Notes: a model not told the origin generated them from the letters alone. A stretch of DNA of 64,000 bases from a bacterium (GCA_963675755.2 CAXXMD010000002.1:1088001-1152000), one strand, 5' to 3'. Shown: positions 1-10,829, counted from the first letter of the stretch. Program-made: numbers and translations.

Positions 1-1312
1 TATCATCAACTATGTTGCGATCGGTATCATCATTAGGATTCAGGTTATTTTTCAATTCCCAATCATCCGGTATGCCATCGTGATCAGAATCAACCGGTGC
101 GGCAAGACTGGATAAAACCGGCCATCCACCAACATCATTCTGGCTGTCAATTATACCACGAATAATTGATGTATCTGACAAGTTTTGAATTTCTTCATAT
201 CCCGGACCTTCAAAAGTTGCTGTTCCGGATTCAACTTCTGAGATAATTCGAGCATCTATAGGGTCTCGTGCAGGCAAAGTTGCGCCAACATCCGCCAATA
301 CACTGAGGAACGCCTCTTCTGCTGTTTGAGTGGTAACTGTAGTAAATGGAAAAGGTTCATCAACACCTATGATGGATTTAACGGCAGAACTTCCTTGAAC
401 TCCGCCAGCCCAATTGTCGTTTGTGATATTAGGTGAACCAACAACATAATTATCTTTAATATACCATCTTCCTGCAGTACCTGAAGGTTCACAAATTCTG
501 TATTTAACACTACTTTTGGTAGCCGGACCGGATTTATAATAGTTGGCTATCATGTTAATTGTACCGGCTTCACCGCCATAAGCACTGTTAAATCCCCAAT
601 TATAGATCACATTGTTGCGATAGTCTACATTCTTGCAGGTTGAAGTCTGACCGCCGGCAAATCTTGGATTTCTGCTGGAATGATGCGCAAACAAGTTGTG
701 ATGAAAAGAAGCATCTTCTCCACCCCAAATGCCTCCGTAACCATGTGCACCTTTGGAATGATTAGAGTTGTACAAGCTTTCAGAGATTAAACACCACTGA
801 ACGGTAAGACTGTCAATTCCGTAATAGGACAATCCTTCATCCACACTCCAGCTTGCAGAACAATGATCAAGGATTACACTCTTGCAATAACGCCCCCAAG
901 TAGCATCAGACTCTACTCCGGATTCATCACCCAGACGAAACCGTATATAACGAATGATTACTTCATTATGGTTTACATACAAGGTATGGTCTTTGATGCA
1001 AATTCCATCACCCGGTGCAGTTTGGCCGGCAATGGTAATATAGGGGCTTTTAATTTTAAGATCAGATTCCAATGCAATGGTGCCTGATACGCGAAACACT
1101 ACCGTTCTGGGTCCACTGGCTTCAATAGCTTCCCGTAAACTGCCGGGACCACTATCATTCAGATTGGTTACTTCATAGACATCTCCACCACGACCACCTA
1201 TTGTATACATGCCCGCGCCTTCAGCGCCCGGGAAAGCAGTTACCCGGGCGTATATGAAGGAAGAAAAAATCAACAAAAATGATATTATATATTTAGTCAA
1301 ATTGAATTTCAC
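1..1312 (-). CDS. Pectate lyase-like (PL1-type) secreted protein; 3' end runs off the window
   Basis: Not in the ORF track; translated by hand from GTG at 1312 (AGAGGA upstream): signal peptide, then AFPGAEGAGMYTIGGRGGDVYEVTNLNDSGPGSLREA, and DSDHDGIPDDWE near the window edge. These motifs are typical of PL1-like lyases. Confidence 0.85.
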   Translation of the reverse strand, partial: MKFNLTKYIISFLLIFSSFIYARVTAFPGAEGAGMYTIGGRGGDVYEVTNLNDSGPGSLREAIEASGPRTVVFRVSGTIALESDLKIKSPYITIAGQTAPGDGICIKDHTLYVNHNEVIIRYIRFRLGDESGVESDATWGRYCKSVILDHCSASWSVDEGLSYYGIDSLTVQWCLISESLYNSNHSKGAHGYGGIWGGEDASFHHNLFAHHSSRNPRFAGGQTSTCKNVDYRNNVIYNWGFNSAYGGEAGTINMIANYYKSGPATKSSVKYRICEPSGTAGRWYIKDNYVVGSPNITNDNWAGGVQGSSAVKSIIGVDEPFPFTTVTTQTAEEAFLSVLADVGATLPARDPIDARIISEVESGTATFEGPGYEEIQNLSDTSIIRGIIDSQNDVGGWPVLSSLAAPVDSDHDGIPDDWELKNNLNPNDDTDRNIVDD

Positions 1313-1350
1313 AATATTCCTCTCAGCATCTCTTAATCGATATCAAACTA

Positions 1351-2718
1351 CTATTCAAGCAGAGTCATTTTCTTGGTCATTACACCATTTGGGGTTTCAA
1401 GACGATAGAAGTAAATGCCAGATGGCAATTCTTTGGCTTCAAAAGTAACCTTGTGTTCGCCTGCTGCCATTCTGCCGTTAACCAACTGTGCCACACGGTG
1501 TCCCAGCAAATTGTAAACATTCAATATAGTTTGTCCATCTTTAGCAAGTGAGAATTGAATGCTGGTTTCAGGATTAAAGGGATTGGGGTAATTTTGTTTC
1601 AATGCCATGGTTTGAGGCAGTGTTTCTGCATTATCATCTTCAATTGCGGTTGCATTTGTTGCCCAACGAGGATCACCGATGGCTCCACCGTCTGAGGCAT
1701 ATGTTAACAATGCTGAACCGGCAGGTAATGTAAAATCACCATTATCGGGATCAGCAAATTCAGGATCAACAGCCAAAGTATCAGATACAGGATGATCACG
1801 CCAGTTGCGCGCACCTACATCCCACAAACAAATATTATTGATAACTGCCTGTTCCGGAGTTACGGTTTCTTTGATATTGATAACAACCTTGTCTTTATTG
1901 AGCTGTTTTACACAAATAGAGTTACTTACCTGCCATTGGCCCAGGTGTGGACCTTTTTCGCATAGAATAACTTCACGACCATCTTCAGTACCAATGTTAT
2001 ACCAGGTGGTGTGGTCAATAACAACCGATGGTGTATTCAAGGGGAAATTGCTCTCAACAGGGCCAGCTACGCGAAAACCATAACTATTAATCGTATTAAA
2101 AGTAGAATTAGTTAAAGAAATAAAATTGGCACCACAGTATTTATAGTATATAGAAGTACCCGTGTTTTCCATAATTACATTATCTACAAAAGTAGAATCT
2201 ACAATAACATTACCGCGCATATCTGAACCACCTGCGGCAATAACGTCACTGATAAAATCATGAATGTAACAATTTTCTACTCTGATTTTATTAATAGTAG
2301 CTTCGGCTGGGGTTTCACCCATGTAAAAGGTAATCAGATAATCTGCACTGGGAGCACTACTGAAAGAACCATCAATTTCAAGATTCCTTAATGTTAAAGA
2401 GGCATTATCACCCACTTCAAAAAAACGAATGGTACTTTCACCATCGGGGGGAGTTTGAATTTTCAATATTGCTTTAGAAGCTGCGGCATCACCACCTTCA
2501 ACATCAATCGTAATATTTTTGTCTACAATGGTACCAAAAATATACCCTGTTGATTCGGTGTATTCACCTTCAGGTACCAGTTCAAGCACATCTCCATCCT
2601 GAGCATCTGTAAGGGCCTGGGTTAAGGTACCTTCACCTGGAAATACGGTAACAACATTTTGTGAAAAACCAACTGCAGTGAATGCAATCAAACATACAAT
2701 AACTAACCAATTCTTCAT
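1351..2718 (-). CDS. Secreted beta-helix protein (DUF5123-like end) with T9SS-like C-terminal sorting domain
   Basis: Signal peptide, beta-helix-like repeats, DFTLPAGSALLT...AIGDPRW, then QNYPNPFNP...SGIYFYRL...KKMTLLE; GGAGG RBS. Confidence 0.75.
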   Translation of the reverse strand: MKNWLVIVCLIAFTAVGFSQNVVTVFPGEGTLTQALTDAQDGDVLELVPEGEYTESTGYIFGTIVDKNITIDVEGGDAAASKAILKIQTPPDGESTIRFFEVGDNASLTLRNLEIDGSFSSAPSADYLITFYMGETPAEATINKIRVENCYIHDFISDVIAAGGSDMRGNVIVDSTFVDNVIMENTGTSIYYKYCGANFISLTNSTFNTINSYGFRVAGPVESNFPLNTPSVVIDHTTWYNIGTEDGREVILCEKGPHLGQWQVSNSICVKQLNKDKVVINIKETVTPEQAVINNICLWDVGARNWRDHPVSDTLAVDPEFADPDNGDFTLPAGSALLTYASDGGAIGDPRWATNATAIEDDNAETLPQTMALKQNYPNPFNPETSIQFSLAKDGQTILNVYNLLGHRVAQLVNGRMAAGEHKVTFEAKELPSGIYFYRLETPNGVMTKKMTLLE

Positions 2719-2806
2719 TTCTCATTCCTCCGTAATATTTATGATTATTGATATTTAATTCAGGTATCATAAAATCCTGACAAACATTACAGTGGAATAT
2801 AATATG

Positions 2807-2831
2807 AAAAGCAGGATTTGTAAATCCTGCT
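2807..2831 (-). terminator. Probable intrinsic terminator after the HTCS gene
   Basis: AGCAGGATTT-gt-AAATCCTGCT inverted repeat, followed by a short T run on the minus strand. Confidence 0.55.
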
Positions 2832-2899
2832 CAGTTCAGAAAAGGTTCAATATTGTTCAAACGGGGTATAAATGCGTATTTTGTGGTATTTTGAGGGTT

Positions 2900-5800
2900 C
2901 TATTCTTGAATCTCTGTTTCAGACTCTCGATATTCAGAGGGGGTTTTGCTGTATTCCTGCTGAAAGCAGGTACTAAAATATTTGGGATATTTGAATCCAA
3001 CCCGGTATGCAATTTCACTAACTGTAAAATCGGTTTTGTGCAGCATCTGCGCAGCCTTTTTAAGACGAACAGCTTTAATGAATTCCTGTGGAGAATACCC
3101 AATCAATTCCTTTAATTTCATAAACATCATGGTTCGGCTTACACCAACATGATAAGCAAGATGATTCACACCCAATTCCGGATCAGATAAATGTTCTTCA
3201 ATATAATCCCGTATCTGTACAAGCATTTTTTCATCATGAGAAAACGGTGTAACCTGAGAAGGTTCAATAATGAGTTCTTTGCGATAACGTTCCTGTAACA
3301 TTTTTCGGGATTTTAACATGTTGGTTACACGGGCATCAAGAAACCGAAAATGAAAAGGTTTCTCAATATAATCATCTGCGCCAAACTCCATACCCTGGAT
3401 TTTATCTTCGACCTCACTTTTAGCAGAAAGCAATATTATAGGTATATGACTTGTAGAAATTTCACCTTTTAATCTTTTACACAATTCAATACCATCTATT
3501 CCCGGCATAACTACATCGCTTATAATAAGGCTAGGCATACGGGATTCTGCAAGTTCAAGGCCCATGTTACCATCGGGGGCATCAATAACATCATACTTTT
3601 TGGACAACTGTTTTTTTAAATACGCCCGCATTTCCGGATCATCTTCTACAAGCAGTAATAAAGTTCGTTTATCATTTTCATCATTAGAATCAAACTCTTG
3701 TTCTCTAATATCCCAAATTTCTTCGATATCAGATACATTTAAATTTGTCAAATGGTTAGCACCATTCCCAACATGATGCATTTCCAATTCCGCCAAATGG
3801 TCCGTACCAAATGGAAGTTTAACTGTGAATTCACTACCTGATTCTTCCGAGCTTTGAACGAGCAATGTTCCGGAATGCAGCTCTACAAACTTTTTGGATA
3901 AAGCAAGCCCTAATCCTGAACTTGCCTGTCCCTGTCTATACCCACCCTTGGCATTGTAAAAACGCTCAAAAATGTGAGGCAAATCCTCTTCACTAATCCC
4001 TTTTCCAGTATCACTCACTTTGATCATAATAAAAGATTTTTCATTCTCGGTCTGATTTTCAATGCTGACTTTGATATAACCATAATCAGGTGTATATTTA
4101 AAGGCATTATCAATCAGGTTCACCAAGACTTCTTCCAACTTGGACCAGTCAAACCATCCTTCAATTGTATCCTGATCTATATTCAATTCATAATCAATAT
4201 GGTGCTTTTTAGCGGTTTCGGAAAACAATTCATATATACGGCGTACAAATTGAATCAGATCCCCTTTTGTAGTTTCAAGGGGCATTTTGCCATGTTCAAC
4301 ACGTCTGAAACAGAGTAATTGTTGTACAAGACGCATAAGATAACGTACATTTCGATACATTAAACCCATCTCATCTTTATGCTGATCACCTTTATTAGCA
4401 GCAAGCATCTCTTCAAGGGGAGCCTGTATCAATGTGAGTGGGGTTTTAAACTCGTGTGCAATATCAGTAAAAAACTGGAGTTTAAACTGGTTCATTTCTT
4501 TAGCCTTTTTACGCTCCAGTCTTTCCAACTTTAATTCATGTTTAACGTTGATCAAAGCAAAAATATAAGCGTTGATACCATAAATCAAACCAATGCCAAC
4601 AATACCATAAATTAAATAAGCCCATATGGTTCGGCTAAATGGCCGGGGTATATAAATATTCAAAGAAGCTCCGGTTTCATTCCATACGCCGTCGCTGTTT
4701 GAACCTTTAACTTTAAAAGTATAATGGCCGGGATCAAGGTTGGTATAATTGGCAAACCGTCTGGTCCCGGTATAGTTCCATTCCTGCTCAAAACCCTCCA
4801 GAATATAGGCAAATTGGTTCTTTTCAGGAGAAATATAATCCAGCGCTGCAAATTCAAGAGATATCTGATTTTTATCAAAATCGAGACGTAACGTATCATT
4901 TCCCTGTACATAGGGGAATACACTTTTATTCAAAGGTTTATTTAAAACATTGATATTTGTAATAACAATGGGCGGTATAAGAGGATTGGCCATTTTCTCT
5001 ACATAATCCGGAAAAAAAGCGTTAAATCCGTTATTGCCGCCAAAGAACAACTCGCCGGTTTTGCTCTGAAAGCAGGAACGGTTCCAAAACTGGTTTCCCT
5101 GCAAACCATCCTGTACATCATAATTTGTAAATTTTTGTTCATTACTTTCAAATTTGGATATTCCATTGGTTGTACTCAGCCACAAATTTCCATTTGTATC
5201 TTCTACTATACCGGCAATTACATTACTGGGCATGCCATCTGATTTATCAAAACGGATAAAATCATCATTTTCTGAATTATATTGATTCAATCCCTTACGC
5301 GTTGCAATCCATAAACGGTCTTGAGAATCCTGAAAAATGTACTGGATAAAGTTACTGCTGAGACTGTTTGAAAAATTAGCATCAGCGCGATAATGGGTAT
5401 AACTATTATCAACTGGATTAAATGCTACCAGACCGGATCGCAAGTACCCGATCCAGAGTATTCCTTGTTTGTCAAAACAGATAGATACTACAGATTCATC
5501 ATCAAGTACACCGGTTGAATCAAATTCCACTGGTTTAAAGATACCCGTACTTTTTTCAAAATAAATCACCCCTCCATTTGTTCCCAGCCATAATCCCTCC
5601 TCATCTTGCTGCAAAATCGCATTGATAAAATTATTTCCGGTAATAGGAGTAATTGTTACATAATATCTATGGAACATGCCATTTTCGATATTAAATTTAT
5701 TGAGACCTTCTTTTGTACCCGCCCAAATTGTACCGGTATTGTCTTCCAATATACAGGTAACCTGATTACTGCTAATGGTAAATGAATTGTTAACATTATA

Positions 5801-7000
5801 AACATAATGCGAGACAGTTTGGGTAGCCCGGGAAAAGCTTACCAAACCTTCACCCTCTGTTCCTAACCACAAAGTACCTTTAGAGTCTTCTGCAATGGAG
5901 AGTACCGTACTGTTTATAAATTCAGTACCATCATTTAAAAGAGTGCCATAAAATTCAAACTTTTTTGTATTACGGTAAAAGCTGTCAATGCCGCTGCCAT
6001 CCATTCCCAGCCAGATTACACCACTGCCATCCTGATAAATGATTCTGGCACTGTTGCTGCTAAGACTGGAAGGATCATTGGCATCTGCTAAATAAGCATG
6101 AAAACTTTTAGTTTTGCGGTCATATTGATTCAGACCACCATGCATGGTTGCAATCCAAAGATTTTCTGATTCATCTTCAAAAATATCTTTAATTTCATTA
6201 CTGACAATACTGGAAGGATTACTGGGATCATTGGTATAGGGAACAAAACTCCCGGTATAAGGATTATGAACCTGAATTCCATCATAACGGCTGCCAATCC
6301 AAATATCACCAAAGCTGTCCTGAAAAATTGAGGTTATTCTCTTTTCATCACCTTCACTTGCATAATGTGTGAGTTTATTGCGTTGATTGTTTATCTTGTA
6401 AACATCATTAGAAGTGCCCAACCAGAGGTTACCGTCACGATCTTCAAGGATTTCAGTTATATTTTCATTAAAAACCGGGCTGTTTGTATCCAATGGATTT
6501 GTATGAAAAGCAGTAAAACTTTCTTTATCTTTATTAAATATTACCAATCCACTTCGGGTACCTACCCAAAAAATACCATTATGATCGATCAAAAGCGCAC
6601 GAACAAAATTATCATTCAGACTGGTAGGGTCATCATTATCCTGAAGCCATTGATCAAAAGACTCGGTTTCATAATTGAATCGATTTAATCCCCCACCTTC
6701 AGTACCAATCCACAACTGTCCCTCATCATCCTGCATGATACAGCGAATCCAATCTGAAGAAATTGAAGTCGAATCAAAAATATCATGACCATATACAGCA
6801 AAATTATAACCATCAAACCGATTCAAACCATCCTGTGTACCAAACCATAAAAACCCGTAACTGTCCTGAAGTATACAATCCACCCTGCCATCAGACAATC
6901 CGTTATTTATAGTCAGATGATCAAATGTCATTCTTTCATTCTGAGAAAAAGCTGTAATATTCAGAAATAATAAGAGTATGAAAATGGAAAATTTATTCAT
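2900..7000 (-). CDS. Hybrid two-component system (beta-propeller sensor, Y_Y_Y, TM, HisKA/HATPase, REC, AraC HTH)
   Basis: Repeated DxxGxLWxGT propeller motifs, YTNLDPGHYTFKVKGSNSDG, AHEFKTPLTLI H-box, GLGLAL G-box, LIISDVVMPGIDG receiver, and AraC tail SEIAYRVGF..PKYFS. Confidence 0.95.
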   Translation of the reverse strand: MNKFSIFILLLFLNITAFSQNERMTFDHLTINNGLSDGRVDCILQDSYGFLWFGTQDGLNRFDGYNFAVYGHDIFDSTSISSDWIRCIMQDDEGQLWIGTEGGGLNRFNYETESFDQWLQDNDDPTSLNDNFVRALLIDHNGIFWVGTRSGLVIFNKDKESFTAFHTNPLDTNSPVFNENITEILEDRDGNLWLGTSNDVYKINNQRNKLTHYASEGDEKRITSIFQDSFGDIWIGSRYDGIQVHNPYTGSFVPYTNDPSNPSSIVSNEIKDIFEDESENLWIATMHGGLNQYDRKTKSFHAYLADANDPSSLSSNSARIIYQDGSGVIWLGMDGSGIDSFYRNTKKFEFYGTLLNDGTEFINSTVLSIAEDSKGTLWLGTEGEGLVSFSRATQTVSHYVYNVNNSFTISSNQVTCILEDNTGTIWAGTKEGLNKFNIENGMFHRYYVTITPITGNNFINAILQQDEEGLWLGTNGGVIYFEKSTGIFKPVEFDSTGVLDDESVVSICFDKQGILWIGYLRSGLVAFNPVDNSYTHYRADANFSNSLSSNFIQYIFQDSQDRLWIATRKGLNQYNSENDDFIRFDKSDGMPSNVIAGIVEDTNGNLWLSTTNGISKFESNEQKFTNYDVQDGLQGNQFWNRSCFQSKTGELFFGGNNGFNAFFPDYVEKMANPLIPPIVITNINVLNKPLNKSVFPYVQGNDTLRLDFDKNQISLEFAALDYISPEKNQFAYILEGFEQEWNYTGTRRFANYTNLDPGHYTFKVKGSNSDGVWNETGASLNIYIPRPFSRTIWAYLIYGIVGIGLIYGINAYIFALINVKHELKLERLERKKAKEMNQFKLQFFTDIAHEFKTPLTLIQAPLEEMLAANKGDQHKDEMGLMYRNVRYLMRLVQQLLCFRRVEHGKMPLETTKGDLIQFVRRIYELFSETAKKHHIDYELNIDQDTIEGWFDWSKLEEVLVNLIDNAFKYTPDYGYIKVSIENQTENEKSFIMIKVSDTGKGISEEDLPHIFERFYNAKGGYRQGQASSGLGLALSKKFVELHSGTLLVQSSEESGSEFTVKLPFGTDHLAELEMHHVGNGANHLTNLNVSDIEEIWDIREQEFDSNDENDKRTLLLLVEDDPEMRAYLKKQLSKKYDVIDAPDGNMGLELAESRMPSLIISDVVMPGIDGIELCKRLKGEISTSHIPIILLSAKSEVEDKIQGMEFGADDYIEKPFHFRFLDARVTNMLKSRKMLQERYRKELIIEPSQVTPFSHDEKMLVQIRDYIEEHLSDPELGVNHLAYHVGVSRTMMFMKLKELIGYSPQEFIKAVRLKKAAQMLHKTDFTVSEIAYRVGFKYPKYFSTCFQQEYSKTPSEYRESETEIQE

Positions 7001-7058
7001 GATATATAACCATATATTATAAACATTAAAAAGGAGTATTTTGCTTATCTCAAATGGA

Positions 7059-9098
7059 TTATTTAACCCATTTGTTATGTAACGGACCCATTTTTTCTAT
7101 AGGGATGGTTTCCAAACCATAAAGTTTCATTACATCCGGACCACATAACTGCTCAACAGTTTTCCCTCCTGATGGGAAAACGTTATTATCTTTAATGACA
7201 TTTACATTATTTTTGTTTCTTAAAAACAATTCCTTACAATCTACAATCAAATTATTCTTTACAATATTTCTATCGTGGTTTGATCTTAAATCGCGCAAAA
7301 CCGGATATTTTTCCTGATACAAAGACGAACTTGTATCAACATCCTTATAGAGTTTGTTTTGCACTACATCCTTGTCCAGAAATTCAAGCCAGCGTTTTTC
7401 GCCCCAGGGTGAAAAACTGACAGCAGCGTGACATTGATAAAAAAGATTATTTTCTACAACATTCTCCTTGCCACCATGTATCTGAACAGCACCAAAAATA
7501 ACACTGCCACATCGTTCAAAAACATTACCATAAATCTGCACTCCGGAAATCATATCATCAAGACGAACACCTGCCGCGCCATTGTGGCCTGTTCTGCCTG
7601 ACATATCTGACCACTGATTATATCTGATAACAATTCCCTGATATGATGGATTGAACCACATATCCAATCCACCCTGGTCATCAGATTCAGTAACAACATG
7701 ACTGATCTGGTTATACTCTACAATATAATCATTTCCTTCAAGACGCATAGCCGATGAAGATGAATATCTAAAACGATTATGTGCAATATAGTGTCCGCAT
7801 CCCTCGGTATGAATTGCCGGCTGATAAGTACGATTGAGCAGAGAAAAATGCTCAACAACGGTTTCCGTTACAGAATGCCCGGAAGGAGTTAATGTTTTAC
7901 GATCTCCCCCTTCAAGATAGATACCCATTCCACCCAGATGATGAATATAGCACCCTGCAATTTGATGATTAAAACCATTTTCAACACGAATGGCATCTAC
8001 TCCCAAACGCTCAATTCTGCAATCTTTGATTTCACAACTTTCACCCTCTTTTATCAATATTCCACTTCCCCGGCTCTCACGAAAAGTCAATCCTTCGAGA
8101 GTAATAAATTTACAGTTGTCCATTTCAACCATATAAGGTTCATTGAATTCGGTCAATGTTACGGTAGCAGAATTGGGGTCAATCTCTTTTTGTGGATACC
8201 AAAATAGCAATCCGCTGTCTTTATCCAAATACCATTCTGTTACAGAGTCAATTTCGCACAGCATGTTGTATCCATAGTAACGTAAACTGTCACGATATCC
8301 ATAATGATGATAGGGTTGTGATAAAGTAAAAATATTGTCTGCTATATTAATATTTTCAACCTTTTGATGTTCGTCTTTCCAGTCCCAATACCAGTAACCA
8401 TGCAGCCATGCGTTTTTTTCATTTATCCACCGGTCCTGATACTCGTCCAGATATTCAAAGACACCTTGCTCTGTACCATGCTTTTTGGTATATCTGGGTG
8501 GTATTTCCGTTTCACCCAAGGTCAAACCAGCATGTACAAATCCGGAATTGGGCCAACGGGCAAGTGTTTGCAATTGACCATTACAAATCAAAGAAGGACG
8601 ATTATTAGGATTGGTTAAATCGCCATAATCCTGAATTCCATTAGCTTTTAAATCTGCCACATAAACAAGAGGTCTGACAAATGCGGGTAATCTGTGTGTT
8701 AATGCATTATCATCCACCTTTTTCCAGTTTTTGATTTCCTTACTTCCTGTAAAAATGGGAACCGCGTCTTGAAATGCTTTGTAAATTACCGGTGCGGATT
8801 GGGTTCCTGAATCTTTATTAGAAAAAAGTATGGGGGAATTTAAATAATAGGTACCATGCTTGATATATACGGTTACAGTCCCATCAGAATCAGCAATGGA
8901 TTGTCTTGCAACTTTTTGAGCATGTTCAATTGACGCAAACGGATGTTCAAAAGAACCATCATCATTATCATTACCATAGGTTGAAACATAAAACGAGTTA
9001 TCAGCATACAACATCACTACGGGAAACAATACTACAAAAAAATACAACACTATCCTTGAAAGCTGACGGCATTCTAACAGTAGTTTCATCTTTAGCAC
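7059..9098 (-). CDS. Secreted right-handed parallel beta-helix protein, probably glycan-active
   Basis: Signal peptide, FYVSTYGNDNDDGSFEHPFASIEHA start, LARWPN, and beta-helix repeats with GVRLDD. The true start may be the ATG at 9089. Confidence 0.75.
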   Translation of the reverse strand: MLKMKLLLECRQLSRIVLYFFVVLFPVVMLYADNSFYVSTYGNDNDDGSFEHPFASIEHAQKVARQSIADSDGTVTVYIKHGTYYLNSPILFSNKDSGTQSAPVIYKAFQDAVPIFTGSKEIKNWKKVDDNALTHRLPAFVRPLVYVADLKANGIQDYGDLTNPNNRPSLICNGQLQTLARWPNSGFVHAGLTLGETEIPPRYTKKHGTEQGVFEYLDEYQDRWINEKNAWLHGYWYWDWKDEHQKVENINIADNIFTLSQPYHHYGYRDSLRYYGYNMLCEIDSVTEWYLDKDSGLLFWYPQKEIDPNSATVTLTEFNEPYMVEMDNCKFITLEGLTFRESRGSGILIKEGESCEIKDCRIERLGVDAIRVENGFNHQIAGCYIHHLGGMGIYLEGGDRKTLTPSGHSVTETVVEHFSLLNRTYQPAIHTEGCGHYIAHNRFRYSSSSAMRLEGNDYIVEYNQISHVVTESDDQGGLDMWFNPSYQGIVIRYNQWSDMSGRTGHNGAAGVRLDDMISGVQIYGNVFERCGSVIFGAVQIHGGKENVVENNLFYQCHAAVSFSPWGEKRWLEFLDKDVVQNKLYKDVDTSSSLYQEKYPVLRDLRSNHDRNIVKNNLIVDCKELFLRNKNNVNVIKDNNVFPSGGKTVEQLCGPDVMKLYGLETIPIEKMGPLHNKWVK

Positions 9099-9224
9099 CT
9101 GGAAAAAATTAATATTATTTTTTTAGAATTAAACTTAATAAATAGAAGGGGAACACGCAACCAGAAAATTGAAAGGAAAATAAAACAGCCCAATAAAGAC
9201 TTTAAACAGAAAAGAATTTAAAAT

Positions 9225-9259
9225 ATAAATGCTCCCACCCACCCGATGGGAGCATTTAT
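9225..9259 (-). terminator. Intrinsic terminator after the TPR gene
   Basis: ATAAATGCTCCCA...TGGGAGCATTTAT 13-bp inverted repeat just past the stop at 9269, with an AT-rich tail. Confidence 0.7.
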
Positions 9260-9268
9260 GTAAACTAT

Positions 9269-10714
9269 TTAGAGTGTAGCTAAAGCAGTAAGTTGATTTT
9301 TAGCTGCTTTTTTATAAAGAACAGAGTAAAAATTTGATGATTTTTGATCGAGAATCTGCTGATAACATTTTTGAGCATGAGTAAAATTGTTCATTTTTTC
9401 TACAACTCTTGCTTTCCACATTACAATTTCACAGCTCTGTTCCGCTTGTTCAAAAAGTTCAAGAGCTTTTGAATATTCATGGTTGTGAAAAGCCAGCATC
9501 CCTCTTAACAGCTCACATGCAGAAAACAAATTTGAATTTTTAGCTTGTAATTCGTTGTAATCTTTTAACAGGGATTCAACTTTGGTATCATCATCCTGTA
9601 ACACAGCAATCTGAATTAAATTACAATAGTAATTTGCATACTGTCTGGTTTTAAATTGTTGATTCAAATCAGAATTGTTAATAAATGCCATCCAATCATT
9701 ATATCCCTGAGCTGCCTTTTCATAATCCTGATGCAGAAAATAAAAATCTGCAATTTTGTTATAAACCGTAGCAGTCATTACCTGATTATCACGATGTTTG
9801 CATTTATCAAGAAAAGAATTTAAAACCAGTGAAGCATTTTCTTTATCACCCATCAATGTATAGCATGTAGCAATATTCCAATAACATTTCCATCCCAGAG
9901 TTTCTTTATCAAGGGATTTCATGATAAATTTAAAATGGTCAATTGCTTTTTCAGGTTGATCATTAAATAAATGATTTTTCCCATAACAGCAATGGAAATT
10001 TAAATTTTCGGGCTGTTCTTTTAACAATTTCTCATATATCTCTACAGACGCGGCATATTGACCCGTGTTGAGATATGCTTGACCTAACATATGATCAAGT
10101 GCTACATTATCAGATGATTGACTTGCAAACTTTTGGGCATAATCAATTACATGCTTATAATCACCTGTAGAATAATAACTTGATACTAACCAGTACTTGT
10201 ACTCGAAACAATTATTCTTGTCTGCATAAGGTAAAAGCAAATCAATGGCTTGAGCATATTGGTGTTTTGCATATTTATTGAGTGCATTAACAAGAACAAT
10301 TTCATTGCCATCAGTTAATTGTTTTTTTAAATCATTATACAACTTGATTTGTACTGGTAAATCGTTATTCCAAACCGATTGAACAAATTTAACATAATTT
10401 GATTCAAGTGTTCCATCAGTTGATGCATTAACAGCTTTTTCAATCGAATTATCACGTAATTGATCACGACCATTATATAAATGCAAAACAGCCATGTGAT
10501 AATTTGCAAAAACATCAAGGGGATAATTTGCAAGTATTCGTTTGGTCACTTTTTCAGCGGTAACAATGTCACCTTTTTGTAACGACTCTAAAACCATGTT
10601 TTTATCAGCATAAGAAGTTGTGGATTGCCAAAGAGAAGATGCGCTAGAGAAAATCGGAGTCACAAACACGGAAAAGAGGACGAGTACGAAAATCGTTTTT
10701 AGAAGAGTTTTCAT
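9269..10714 (-). CDS. Exported tetratricopeptide-repeat protein
   Basis: MKTLLKTIFVLVLF signal peptide from the ATG at 10714 (the track extends it to 10747); TPR-like helices such as LGQAYLNTGQYAASVEIYEKLL. Confidence 0.75.
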   Translation of the reverse strand: MKTLLKTIFVLVLFSVFVTPIFSSASSLWQSTTSYADKNMVLESLQKGDIVTAEKVTKRILANYPLDVFANYHMAVLHLYNGRDQLRDNSIEKAVNASTDGTLESNYVKFVQSVWNNDLPVQIKLYNDLKKQLTDGNEIVLVNALNKYAKHQYAQAIDLLLPYADKNNCFEYKYWLVSSYYSTGDYKHVIDYAQKFASQSSDNVALDHMLGQAYLNTGQYAASVEIYEKLLKEQPENLNFHCCYGKNHLFNDQPEKAIDHFKFIMKSLDKETLGWKCYWNIATCYTLMGDKENASLVLNSFLDKCKHRDNQVMTATVYNKIADFYFLHQDYEKAAQGYNDWMAFINNSDLNQQFKTRQYANYYCNLIQIAVLQDDDTKVESLLKDYNELQAKNSNLFSACELLRGMLAFHNHEYSKALELFEQAEQSCEIVMWKARVVEKMNNFTHAQKCYQQILDQKSSNFYSVLYKKAAKNQLTALATL

Positions 10715-10800
10715 ATTCCAACCTACCTTTACTACAAGTCTTGACAATTTGTCAAGTAAAAAATGAATTTATTAGCAAAAAAATTGTATTTTGCTACACA

Positions 10801-10829
10801 ATATTACGAAATTTAAACGTTCAAGTCAA
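10801..10829 (-). promoter_or_regulatory. Candidate sigma70 promoter for the TPR gene
   Basis: Minus-strand TTGACT-17 nt-TAATAT. Confidence 0.5.
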
